Assembly: GCA_963702895.1 (NCBI GenBank)
Contig: OY969767.1
Location: 1,856,001-1,920,000 of the forward strand
Source: an uncultured Elusimicrobia bacterium
GTDB lineage: Bacteria > Elusimicrobiota > Elusimicrobia > 2-01-FULL-59-12
Length of the DNA: 64,000 nt
Direction: 5' to 3'
This document shows positions 45,470 to 53,908 of this stretch, one piece after another. The stretch's first letter is position 1. Every line of letters starts with the position of its first letter. The notes beneath the pieces were generated by a model. That model ran no database searches and was not told the origin of the DNA. It was given only the letters and a program-made list of their open reading frames with translations. The translations under genes were made by a program, and so were the position numbers.

Positions 45470-45675
45470 CGTCATCGGGTATTGGGGGCTTCCCCGCGCG
45501 AGGGAATTCATGGCGCCAGTCGCCACACGTCAGGCGACTGCCCGCCTGATGGTTTGGCGGGCAGCTCGGCTGGCCGTCCCCCCACCCCCCATTCGCGGAC
45601 GAATGGGGGAGTGGTCCAGCAGTCGCAGGCCTTGCGAATTCCACGCGCGGATCCAGCCCCCAATACCCGCCGACG
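45470..45675. other. Long imperfect inverted repeat (about 205 nt) with nested small hairpins
   Basis: cgggtattgggg/ccccaatacccg, ccgcgcg/cgcgcgg and ggaattc/gaattcc arms. Confidence 0.7.
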
Positions 45676-45749
45676 GCTCGAGCTAACAATCGATCGAACT
45701 CACATGCAAGATCCCCAAGACAGTCTCCAATCGAGAAAGTGGGCTGGCT

Positions 45750-45904
45750 GGAACCGGAAGTGGCGCGCGGAGTGCGCGTAAGCTTCGACAAGTCAACGAT
45801 GGATGGGCGCGATACCTCCCGCCGAAGGCGGGGGATGGGGGGCCCCGCCCATCCGAGTTGACGCCAGGAAGCGCCAGCGCACGTCGAGCGCCACTTCCGG
45901 TTCC
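45750..45904. other. Rod-like 155-nt inverted repeat
   Basis: 17-bp perfect closing stem ggaaccggaagtggcgc/gcgccacttccggttcc plus inner stems gtcaac/gttgac and ggatgggcg/cgcccatcc. Confidence 0.75.
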
Positions 45905-45937
45905 CCCCTTTAAGGATCATGTGGAATATCTTCAGCT

Positions 45938-46546
45938 TCATTTGAGGTCGCCGGTCATCGGGACAAAAGAGACCGGGATGATGGAGCGTTTCTCCAGTTG
46001 GCCGCCTCGTTTGGTCATTTGGTAGAGCGTCTGTCCCTTCGACCAGACGCCGACAGGGATCACCAAGCGCCCGCCCTCCCGAAGTTGATCGGCCAGCGCC
46101 GGAGGGACGTCCTCGGGCGAGCAGGTGACGATGATCGCGTCAAAGGGGGCCTCTTCCGGCCAGCCCCGGTAACCATCCCCCTGGCGCGTGTGGACATTCT
46201 TGTAACCCAAACTCTCCAGCCGCGCTTTCGACAGGACGGCCAATTCCGGGACGATTTCGATGGAGTAGACCTCCTTCGCGAGTTCCCCCAGAATGGCCGC
46301 CTGGTAGCCGGAGCCGGTCCCGATTTCGAGGACTTTTTCTGTCCCCTTGAGCTCCAGCAACTCGCTCATCAGCGCCACCACATAAGGCTGAGAGATCGTT
46401 TGATCGTAGCCAATGGGGAGCGCGCCGTCGTCATAGGCCCGGTCTTTGATCTCCTCAGGAACAAAGAGCTCCCGTTCCACGCGGCGCATGGCGTCAAGGA
46501 CCCGTGGATCTTGGATCCCGCGCAAATGAAGTTGTTTCTCAACCAT
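45938..46546 (-). CDS. pcm: Protein-L-isoaspartate O-methyltransferase
   Basis: QTISQPYVVALM, VLEIGTGSGYQAA, GDGYRGWPEEAPFDAIIVT; start uncertain. Confidence 0.92.
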   Translation of the reverse strand: MVEKQLHLRGIQDPRVLDAMRRVERELFVPEEIKDRAYDDGALPIGYDQTISQPYVVALMSELLELKGTEKVLEIGTGSGYQAAILGELAKEVYSIEIVPELAVLSKARLESLGYKNVHTRQGDGYRGWPEEAPFDAIIVTCSPEDVPPALADQLREGGRLVIPVGVWSKGQTLYQMTKRGGQLEKRSIIPVSFVPMTGDLK

Positions 46547-46767
46547 CACGGACCTGGATCTGTATAGATCTCCTTGGCGGCTTGGACGAATTCCGCCGTG
46601 CGCGCCGTGGTGTGCAAGACCAGGGAGCACAAGAGCACAAGCAATCCAAAATAAACCGTGAAGACGAGACGATTTCTGTCTTCGAGAAATTTCCGGAACC
46701 CGTAGAGCGCGTTCGGAATGACGAGACATGCGACGAGCAGAACCACCGTGCCATAAATCCATAACAT
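46546..46767 (-). CDS. Small two-TM membrane protein (73 aa)
   Basis: ATG just after the polX stop with a GAGGGT SD; two hydrophobic stretches; TGATG overlap with pcm. Confidence 0.5.
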   Translation of the reverse strand: MLWIYGTVVLLVACLVIPNALYGFRKFLEDRNRLVFTVYFGLLVLLCSLVLHTTARTAEFVQAAKEIYTDPGP

Positions 46768-46772
46768 ACCCT

Positions 46773-48707
46773 CTATCTCCTTCGCGTCTTGAGCCAAGAC
46801 GAGATCTTGGACAGCGGAAGCGTATTGAGGACATCCGCCTGCGTGAGCCATCCTTTACGAGCGATCCCCACACCATAGCGTACCACTTGGAGCCCTCCCA
46901 CGCTGTGCGCATCGGGATTGATGCTGATTTTCACGCCCAGTTCCCGGGCTTTCGGGAGCTCCCGCCAATCGATGTCCAACCGTTGGGGATGGGCGTTGAG
47001 CTCAAGGGCCACCCCCTCGCCGGCTGCCGCGCGCAGCACTTCGTCGTGCCGCACCGCGTAACCGTCACGTTCCAGCAGGAGCCGGCCGGTCATGTGGCCG
47101 AGAAAAGTGACATATTGATTCTTGAGCGCGCGCACGATACGGGCCGTCATCTCCGCTTCGGAAAGGTTGTAGTTCGAATGCACGGAAGCGATCACGAAAT
47201 CGTAGCCCTCGAGGATGGCGTCGGGGTAATCCAGGGAACCGTCTTTGAGGACATCGCATTCCGTCCCCCAGAAAATATGGATTTTGAATTTCTCCCGAAG
47301 CTTCTCGATTTCCTTCCTTTGCTGGGACACCCGTTCGGGAGTTAACCCCTTGGCATAGACCGCGGACCGGGAATGGTCCGAGATGCCGACATACGCCCAG
47401 CCCAGACCCTGGGCTCCCGCGATCATCTCTTCCAGGGAGGCGCGGCCGTCGGACCAGGTGCTGTGGACGTGAAACACGCCGCGGATGTCCTCGAGTTCAA
47501 TCAAAGCGGGCAGTTTTCCCTTTTCAGCCGCCTCGATTTCCCCGCGATCTTCCCGCAGCTCCGGTGGGATGTAAGCCAGTCCGAGTTTTTTGAAAAGTTC
47601 CGCTTCATCCTTACACTTCACGGATGTCACCCCGGCGGACGCCGGGGTCCAGTCCTCGGACAATGTTCTGGATTCCGGCCCTCCACTTTGGCTCGGCGGG
47701 CCGTCCGCCAAGGTTGTAGTGGTGGACGGCTTTCGCCGGAATGACGAAGAGATCTTAAAAAGCCCATACTCGTTCAGTCTCATTCCTCTGTCTTGCGCGC
47801 GCTGGCGCATCGCGATGTTGTGCTCCTTGGAACCGGTGAAATAATGCAGGGCGCAGGGATACTGATGGTCGCTCACCACCCGGACATCGACCTGGATTCC
47901 TTCTTTAAGGAGCACGCTCGCCTTCGTTTCCCCCTGCCCCAGCACGCGCTCCACGGCGGGCAACTGGACAAACCGCTCCAGAATAGCGGCCGTCCGACGT
48001 CCGACGTTCGACGTCGCACCAGCCTTAGGAAGTCGGGATTGTCCGCGCTGTTCGCCTTTGGCGACCTGCCCTGACGTCGGACGTCGCGCGTCGGACGATG
48101 GGACGCTGACCAGAATATCCACATCCCGAATGACTTCTTTATGACGGCGAAGGCTGCCGCAGATCGAGGACCTCCGGACGCCCGGGACTTGGTTGATTTC
48201 AGCCAGGATACGCTCGCCTGCCGCGAGGGCCTCGTCCAAGCGGTGCTCTTCGGCATGTTGGCCCAGGAACGCGAGCCCTTGGAGGATATTCTCTTGCAAC
48301 TTCTCACCGAAGCCTTCCAGCTTCGCGACTTTTCCGTCCTTGCAGGCTTTTTTGAGCCCGGGGATGTCCTTGATTTTGAGCTTGTCGTAGAGAAGCTTGG
48401 CGCGCTTGGGACCGACCCCCTGCACGCGGATCATGTCGAGGAGCCCGGGAGGCAAAGACTGGCGCAACTCCTCCAGGTAAGGGAGTTTGCCGGTGTTCCA
48501 GAGCGTCTCGATCTTTTCAGCAAGGGCCTCACCGATCCCTTTCAGGGTGGTGAGTTTGCTGTCCCGGACGAGCTCCTCAAGATGGTCGATGGTGAGGATG
48601 AGGCGCGAGGCGTTCTGATAGGCGCGGGATTTAAAGGGGTTCTCGCCTTTGAGTTCGAGGAGCGTCCCGATTTCTTCGAGGATTTCAGAAATTTTGGCTT
48701 TGTCCAT
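46773..48707 (-). CDS. polX: DNA polymerase X / PHP 3'-5' exonuclease carrying two in-frame repeat-derived insertions
   Basis: GSLRR...DVD, QVDVR, YFTGSKEHN, HVHSTWSDG, NPDAH. Confidence 0.93.
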   Translation of the reverse strand: MDKAKISEILEEIGTLLELKGENPFKSRAYQNASRLILTIDHLEELVRDSKLTTLKGIGEALAEKIETLWNTGKLPYLEELRQSLPPGLLDMIRVQGVGPKRAKLLYDKLKIKDIPGLKKACKDGKVAKLEGFGEKLQENILQGLAFLGQHAEEHRLDEALAAGERILAEINQVPGVRRSSICGSLRRHKEVIRDVDILVSVPSSDARRPTSGQVAKGEQRGQSRLPKAGATSNVGRRTAAILERFVQLPAVERVLGQGETKASVLLKEGIQVDVRVVSDHQYPCALHYFTGSKEHNIAMRQRAQDRGMRLNEYGLFKISSSFRRKPSTTTTLADGPPSQSGGPESRTLSEDWTPASAGVTSVKCKDEAELFKKLGLAYIPPELREDRGEIEAAEKGKLPALIELEDIRGVFHVHSTWSDGRASLEEMIAGAQGLGWAYVGISDHSRSAVYAKGLTPERVSQQRKEIEKLREKFKIHIFWGTECDVLKDGSLDYPDAILEGYDFVIASVHSNYNLSEAEMTARIVRALKNQYVTFLGHMTGRLLLERDGYAVRHDEVLRAAAGEGVALELNAHPQRLDIDWRELPKARELGVKISINPDAHSVGGLQVVRYGVGIARKGWLTQADVLNTLPLSKISSWLKTRRR

Positions 48708-48715
48708 ATACACGT

Positions 48716-48961
48716 TCCCCCTCTCCCACGGTACGTGGGAGAGGGCCTTGGGTGAGGGCCAAACGTGCCCTCATCCTCCCCTTCTCCCACCTTCGGTGGG
48801 AGAAGGAAGGTTTCAGTCCCCCTCTCCCACGTACCGTGGGAGAGGGCCTTGGGTGAGGGCCAAACGTGCCCTCATCCTCCCCTTCTCCCACCTTCGGTGG
48901 GAGAAGGAAGGTTTCAGTCCCCCTCTCCCACGGTACGTGGGAGAGGGCCTTGGGTGAGGGC
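48716..48961. repeat. 101-bp tandem palindromic repeat (2.4 units, CCCTCTCCC...GGGAGAGGG type); related copies at 49311-49475
   Basis: Units begin at 48716, 48817 and 48918; the repeats flank the DUF559 gene on both sides. Confidence 0.9.
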
Positions 48962-49294
48962 ACGGTAAACATGGGCAACGACATCATCCGGTTTCAGCAG
49001 AATTTCATTGTCCCAAAAGCGGACAACCTTAAAACCATGATTTTTCAACGATTCTGTGCGCACTTGATCATAGTCCTTAGCATCCTGGTGCTGGCCACCA
49101 TCAAGTTCGACAATTAGTTTTGGTGCAAGGCAGCAGAAATCAACAATATAGGAGCCGATCACTCTTTGTCGCCGGAATTTAAAGCCTTCCAGTTGGCGCG
49201 AGCGCAATAATTTCCACAGTTTTCTCTCTGCATCGGTTTGTTCTTTACGCAATTTTCTTGCAAAGGAAAGCTTCTGAGAAGAAATGCGTGCCAT
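48914..49294 (-). CDS. DUF559 / Vsr-like endonuclease
   Basis: ARKLRKEQTDAERKLW...FRRQ..IGSYIVDF...ELDGGQH...RFWDNE. Confidence 0.92.
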   Translation of the reverse strand: MARISSQKLSFARKLRKEQTDAERKLWKLLRSRQLEGFKFRRQRVIGSYIVDFCCLAPKLIVELDGGQHQDAKDYDQVRTESLKNHGFKVVRFWDNEILLKPDDVVAHVYRALTQGPLPRTVGEGD

Positions 49295-49480
49295 AAACAG
49301 AAAAAGACTGTGCCCTCATCCCAGCCTTCTCCCGCTTTCCAGCGGGAGAAGGAAGACTTCAGTCCCCCTCTCCCGCGGAACGCGGGAGAGGGCGGTCGCC
49401 AGTCGTCTGGCGAACGGGTGAGGGCTCCTTTTGCCCTCATCCCAACCTTCTCCCGCTTTCCAGCGGGAGAAGGGGTATTT

Positions 49481-51160
49481 TCAATTTGTAACAGCCCCTA
49501 ACGACGCCGAAGAAACATCCCGCGCGTATTTGGCCATCACGCCGGAGGTGTAGTGCGGCTTGGGCGCTTTCCATTTCTTGAGCCGCTTTTTGAGTTCGGG
49601 GCTGGGGATGTCCAGCGTGAGCGTGCGTTTGGCAACGTCGATGGTGATGCGGTCGCCGTTCTTCACAACCGCGATGGGTCCCCCCACAAAGGCTTCGGGA
49701 GCGACGTGGCCGATGACGACGCCGTGCGAGGCGCCGGAGAAGCGGCCGTCCGTCATGAGCGCGACCAAATCCCCCAGCCCCTCGCCCACGATGGCGGCCG
49801 TGACGCCCAGCATTTCGCGCATGCCGGGACCGCCCTTGGGACCCTCGTAGCGGATCACCACGACATCGCCGGGCTTGATCTGATGCTCTTTCACAGCTTT
49901 AAAAGCATCCTCTTCCCTATTAAAGACTTTGGCGGTCCCGGAAAACGTCTTATAGCTGTGGCCGGCCACCTTCAGCACGCAGCCTTCCGGCGCGAGGTTC
50001 CCCTTGAGGATGACAAGCCCGCCTGTTTCCTTAAGCGGCTTATCCATAGGGCGGATGACGTCCTGGCCGGGAGTTTCTTTCACAAGGGCCGCTTCTTGGG
50101 CAAGCGTGCGCCCCGTGACGGTCAGGCAGTCTCCTTTAAGCTTGCCGGCTTCCACCAGCCGCTTGACGAGGACACCGATGCCGCCTGCCCGGAAGAGGTC
50201 GTTGGCCACATAACGTCCTCCAGGTTTCAGGTCCGCGATAAACGGGGTCTTCGCGCTCACGCGGTCAAAATCATCGATGGAGAGTTTGACCCCCATCTCA
50301 TGGGCACAGGCCAAGAGGTGCAGAACGGCGTTCGTGGAGCCGCCCGAAGCGACGACACCCGTAATGGCGTTATAGAAAGCGTCTTTCGTCATGATTTGCT
50401 TGGGCGTGATGTTCTTTCGCAAAAGCTCCATGACGAGTTCGCCCGCGCGGTATCCGACAGCATCCTTGCCGGGGTCGACCGCGGGGACGCTATTGGCGTT
50501 TAAGGGCGAGACCCCCAGGAATTCGAAGGCCATCGCCATCGTATTGGCCGTAAATTGCCCACCGCAGGCGCCCGCTCCGGGGCAGGCGCTCGCTTCAAGC
50601 TCCAAGAGATCGTGCTCCGACATTTTTCCGGCGGCAACAGCGCCCACGCCTTCAAATACGTCCTGGATCGTGACATCCCGCCCCTTGAATTTTCCGGGCA
50701 GGATGGAACCGCCGTAAATCATGAGCGACGGACGGTTGAGCCGCGCCATCGCCATGACGGTCCCCGGGATCGTCTTGTCGCAGCCGGAAAGGCACACGAG
50801 GCCGTCGAAACAGTAGCCCCGGGCGGTGAGCTCAATGGAATCGGCGATCACTTCCCGGCTGATGAGGGAGGTCTTCATCCCTTCTGTCCCCATGGTGGTG
50901 CCGTCGGAGATCGCGATCGTGTTGAACTCGAAAGGCACGCCCCCCGCGGCGCGAATACCTTCTTTGACCTTGGCAGCGAGCTCCCGGAGATTAAAATTGC
51001 ACGGCATGGTCTCGATCCAGGTGTTGGCCACGCCGATGAAAGGCTTGTGCATGTCTTCTTCGGTGAAGCCGATGCCTTTAAGCATCGCGCGCGCCGGGGC
51101 CCGATCGAGCCCTTCTGAGACAACATGACTATAGGGTTTGGAATGAAATGCGGATTTCAT
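49481..51160 (-). CDS. ilvD: Dihydroxy-acid dehydratase
   Basis: PCN, GCDKTIPG, CGGQFTANTM, GGSTNAVLHL, GPGMREM, TDGRFSG. Confidence 0.97.
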   Translation of the reverse strand: MKSAFHSKPYSHVVSEGLDRAPARAMLKGIGFTEEDMHKPFIGVANTWIETMPCNFNLRELAAKVKEGIRAAGGVPFEFNTIAISDGTTMGTEGMKTSLISREVIADSIELTARGYCFDGLVCLSGCDKTIPGTVMAMARLNRPSLMIYGGSILPGKFKGRDVTIQDVFEGVGAVAAGKMSEHDLLELEASACPGAGACGGQFTANTMAMAFEFLGVSPLNANSVPAVDPGKDAVGYRAGELVMELLRKNITPKQIMTKDAFYNAITGVVASGGSTNAVLHLLACAHEMGVKLSIDDFDRVSAKTPFIADLKPGGRYVANDLFRAGGIGVLVKRLVEAGKLKGDCLTVTGRTLAQEAALVKETPGQDVIRPMDKPLKETGGLVILKGNLAPEGCVLKVAGHSYKTFSGTAKVFNREEDAFKAVKEHQIKPGDVVVIRYEGPKGGPGMREMLGVTAAIVGEGLGDLVALMTDGRFSGASHGVVIGHVAPEAFVGGPIAVVKNGDRITIDVAKRTLTLDIPSPELKKRLKKWKAPKPHYTSGVMAKYARDVSSASLGAVTN

Positions 51161-51214
51161 GGAAGTCTCCTCTAGAAGAGTGTTCGGACAAGTCCCATTT
51201 TACTACACCCTCGC

Positions 51215-52753
51215 TCACGAAAAGTCTTTACGAAACGGCGGTGGGATTTGTTCCTTCAGTGAGGGGTCCTGACGTAAAGCCTTTTGGATCTGCCTTCGTC
51301 CTCCCTTGGACCGGCCGGCTGCCATAAGGCAGACGCCGTGATGAAAACGGAGGAGCGCCGATTCCGGACGCATCTGCCACGCTTCTGCAGAGAGCATCAC
51401 AGCGTCGTTATAGCGCGACTCATGCAGAGCGTCATTGGCTCCCGCTGTCGCGGCGGCGATGAGATTGTCCCGTATGGCGCTGTCGTGCGGCCATAAGTCC
51501 CTCGCCGACAAGAGCGCCGCTCGGGCCGACAAGGGATCCCCGTGTCTCAGATATGCGGTTCCCTGGTTGTAAAGCGCCAGCGCGCTCTCCGGTTCGACGG
51601 CCACCGCGTGGCTCCATAGCAGCACGTCGTTCTTCCATAAGCGGCTGTAACGAAAAGTCAGACTCCCCAAGAGGATCACCCCCACAAGACCCGCCGCACC
51701 AACGAGAGGAGATCGGTAGCGCCGCAAGAGATCCGCCAGGACAACGCTCAGTGGAAGAAAGGAAAGGTAGGTGTAGCGATCGGCCGCGAGCTGCCTGCCA
51801 TGCTGCGTGAGCCCCGACACCGGCAAGAGGATCAGGTGAAACGCCCACCAGGCTTTCCAGAGAAGAGGAGAGGAGTGGCGGGCCCGGAAACAGACAGCGC
51901 AAAGCGTGACCCAGGTCAAGCCTCGAACAAAGAATTCTGGCCGCATCCGCGTGACGTCCAGCGGCATCGCGTAGAGCGGCGACAGGGCCTCAGGCCACAG
52001 AGCTTTCTGGAGATAGAAAGTAGCAGAGTAGAAGAAGAAGCCAAGACGGTCGATGAGCGCATACGACCTGAAGAAAACACCCTGCTGTTCAAGACCCCAC
52101 ACGCCGATAGCGGCAAAGACGGCCGCCAATCCAATAAAAAAGCTTTTCCCGCGAACCCAAGCCAGGCACTGTCGTGGCGTGAGTATTTTCTCCAGAAAAT
52201 CCCCCAGCAGCATGACCCAGACCAACCCTGCGGCCGTTGCTTTGGACAGGAGACCGAACAGGAAAGCGGTTAAAACGCCTTTTCGCTGATGCAGGTAGAG
52301 GTGCCATGCGACCAAGACAAAAAAACCGGATAGGACATCGCGCCGTTCGGTTGCCCATGCCACGGATTCAACACGCAAAGGATGAATGGCCCAGAAAAGG
52401 GTGGCCATGCCCAGGACATAGACCGAAGACTTCTCCAAGAGTTTGCGAAGGCATAAAAGGAGAAGAACGGAACTGCCGGTGTGCCACAGAAGAGACGTGA
52501 GATGGAAACCCGCGGCGCGCGGTCCCCAAATACGGTAATCCACCGCCAGGCTCATCCACGCCAACGGCTGGTAAGGCCCCATGTGAAAGGTCGTCCACAT
52601 CCATCGAAGATTCTCGAGCGAAAGCGATTGCAGGTGGGGGTTCTTCAGGATTGCATCCGCATCATCCCAACCCAAAAAACCATTCCAGAGAACTGGCGAA
52701 AAACTGGCCAGGACAGCGACCGAGACGGCAAGAATGATCAAAAGCAAGGGCAC
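51215..52753 (-). CDS. TMTC-like GT-C membrane glycosyltransferase with C-terminal TPRs
   Basis: GFLGWDD, YQPL, HPLRVESVAWATERRD, ADRYTYL; multiple TM helices then TPR-like helices. Confidence 0.8.
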   Translation of the reverse strand: MPLLLIILAVSVAVLASFSPVLWNGFLGWDDADAILKNPHLQSLSLENLRWMWTTFHMGPYQPLAWMSLAVDYRIWGPRAAGFHLTSLLWHTGSSVLLLLCLRKLLEKSSVYVLGMATLFWAIHPLRVESVAWATERRDVLSGFFVLVAWHLYLHQRKGVLTAFLFGLLSKATAAGLVWVMLLGDFLEKILTPRQCLAWVRGKSFFIGLAAVFAAIGVWGLEQQGVFFRSYALIDRLGFFFYSATFYLQKALWPEALSPLYAMPLDVTRMRPEFFVRGLTWVTLCAVCFRARHSSPLLWKAWWAFHLILLPVSGLTQHGRQLAADRYTYLSFLPLSVVLADLLRRYRSPLVGAAGLVGVILLGSLTFRYSRLWKNDVLLWSHAVAVEPESALALYNQGTAYLRHGDPLSARAALLSARDLWPHDSAIRDNLIAAATAGANDALHESRYNDAVMLSAEAWQMRPESALLRFHHGVCLMAAGRSKGGRRQIQKALRQDPSLKEQIPPPFRKDFS

Positions 52754-52790
52754 AGAGCCGTATTATAGGTGAAAAGGAGAGAGGCGAAAT

Positions 52791-52913
52791 TGGAGCGGGT
52801 GATGGGAATCGCCGGACAGACGACAGTCGGGCGCCCGCCGGACTTCTGGCGGGCGAACCCACCATCGCTACCTCTATAAAACAGACGGCGATGGCGTCTC
52901 AAGCTTGGGAAGC
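52791..52913 (-). pseudogene. tRNA-Gly 3' half (anticodon arm to CCA) interrupted by a 44-bp double-hairpin insert and a 33-bp hairpin insert
   Basis: Matches 53649-53691 once the inserts are removed; ends in CCA. Confidence 0.85.
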
Positions 52914-52943
52914 GGTTGGTGTCGAAAATAATTCTGGCTTTCC

Positions 52944-53192
52944 CTACCAGTCCGATAGATCCTGGAAAAGATCTATTTTTTCACGACCGATGTTTCGGGA
53001 AACGGAACCGACAATATCGTTGAGCGTGCCACGGGCAATCTCTCTATGCATCGGTACGGTAATGGCATGCGTCCCCGACGCCGCTCTACGCTCCAATCGG
53101 ACATGGCTTCCCTTTTGGCGGTCCACAACTTAACCAAGTGAATCCAGCCAGCGAATCAGCGTGCGCCCCGAGACAACGGGCAGGCGACTCAT
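52944..53192 (-). pseudogene. hicA: HicA toxin with a premature TAA at codon 21
   Basis: MSRLPVVSGRTLIRWLDSLG*VVDRQKGSHVRL...TVPMHREIARGTLNDI. Confidence 0.85.
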
Positions 53193-53392
53193 GCGGCGGA
53201 GAGTTCGACGAGGCTGACGATGGTAGGTTGAAATTCTTTAGAGCTTTTGCCGATGTGTAGACTCACGGCTTCCCTCAAGTTCTTCACCAATTTATCGAGA
53301 GTTTTCCCCTGCGTAAAGACGTCAATATCCAGACAGCGAGCGCACCAAAATTTGCCGTCGAAATATATATCAGCTTTGACTGGATGTTTCAT
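53189..53392 (-). CDS. hicB: Short HicB-like antitoxin
   Basis: FWCARCLDIDVFTQGKTLDKLVKNLREAVSLHI; ATGA overlap with hicA. Confidence 0.85.
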   Translation of the reverse strand: MKHPVKADIYFDGKFWCARCLDIDVFTQGKTLDKLVKNLREAVSLHIGKSSKEFQPTIVSLVELSAA

Positions 53393-53481
53393 AGGATCCT
53401 CTCTGTTGATGCATGTCCTTTTGTACCCAGAAGGGGCATCACATGATCTGCCGAATGATCAATACGCTCCGAAAGTAAATC

Positions 53482-53648
53482 TGGAGCGGGTGAAGGGAAT
53501 CGAGCGCCACACATCAGGCGCTCGCCCGACCGATGTGTGTCGGGCGAACCCACGTCTCAATAAAACAGCGGGTGATGGGAATCGCCCGACAGACTACAGT
53601 CGGGCGGGCGCCTGCTGTGTGGCGCCCGAACCCACGTCTCAATAAAAC
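53482..53648 (-). repeat. Two tandem tRNA-Gly 3'-end copies at an 82-bp period, each with two 22-bp hairpin inserts in the T-loop
   Basis: Acceptor-end AGCGGGTG at 53485, 53567 and 53649. Confidence 0.9.
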
Positions 53649-53719
53649 AGCGGGTGATGGGAATCGAACCCACGTCTCAAGCTTGGGAAGCTCGCATTCT
53701 ACCATTGAACCACACCCGC
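53649..53719 (-). tRNA. tRNA-Gly(CCC), CCA not encoded
   Basis: GCGGGTG/CACCCGC acceptor stem, anticodon loop TTCCCAA, GGTTCGATTCC T-arm, T discriminator. Confidence 0.95.
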
Positions 53720-53908
53720 TTCGCTGGGTCCGGGTGTAGACCGTCTGCAGCCGTCATCCCGGCGGATCGTTAGCCGGGATCCATCATACACTTCACATCG
53801 TTGATAGACCCCGGCTGACAACATGCCGGGGTGACGACATTCGTTTGTTCCCCTACACCCTCTTGGGTCGTCCTAAATATACCAAAATGGATTGAGGTAT
53901 AATTCGGC

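Noticed and set aside
45470..45904. 6S, SRP or RNase P RNA
   Set aside because: I could not identify their conserved motifs by eye; left as unassigned fold-backs pending an Rfam scan.
47626..48106. Inteins in PolX
   Set aside because: The inserts are about 35-40 aa, lack intein terminal motifs and match DNA repeat families.
53130..53132. Stop-codon reassignment explaining in-frame stops in hicA and the transposase fragment
   Set aside because: TAA, TAG and TGA all end intact genes in this window, so these are ordinary nonsense changes.
53482..53719. CRISPR array (constant repeat, equal-length variable spacers)
   Set aside because: The repeat is tRNA sequence, the spacers are related hairpins, only two units exist and no cas genes are present.
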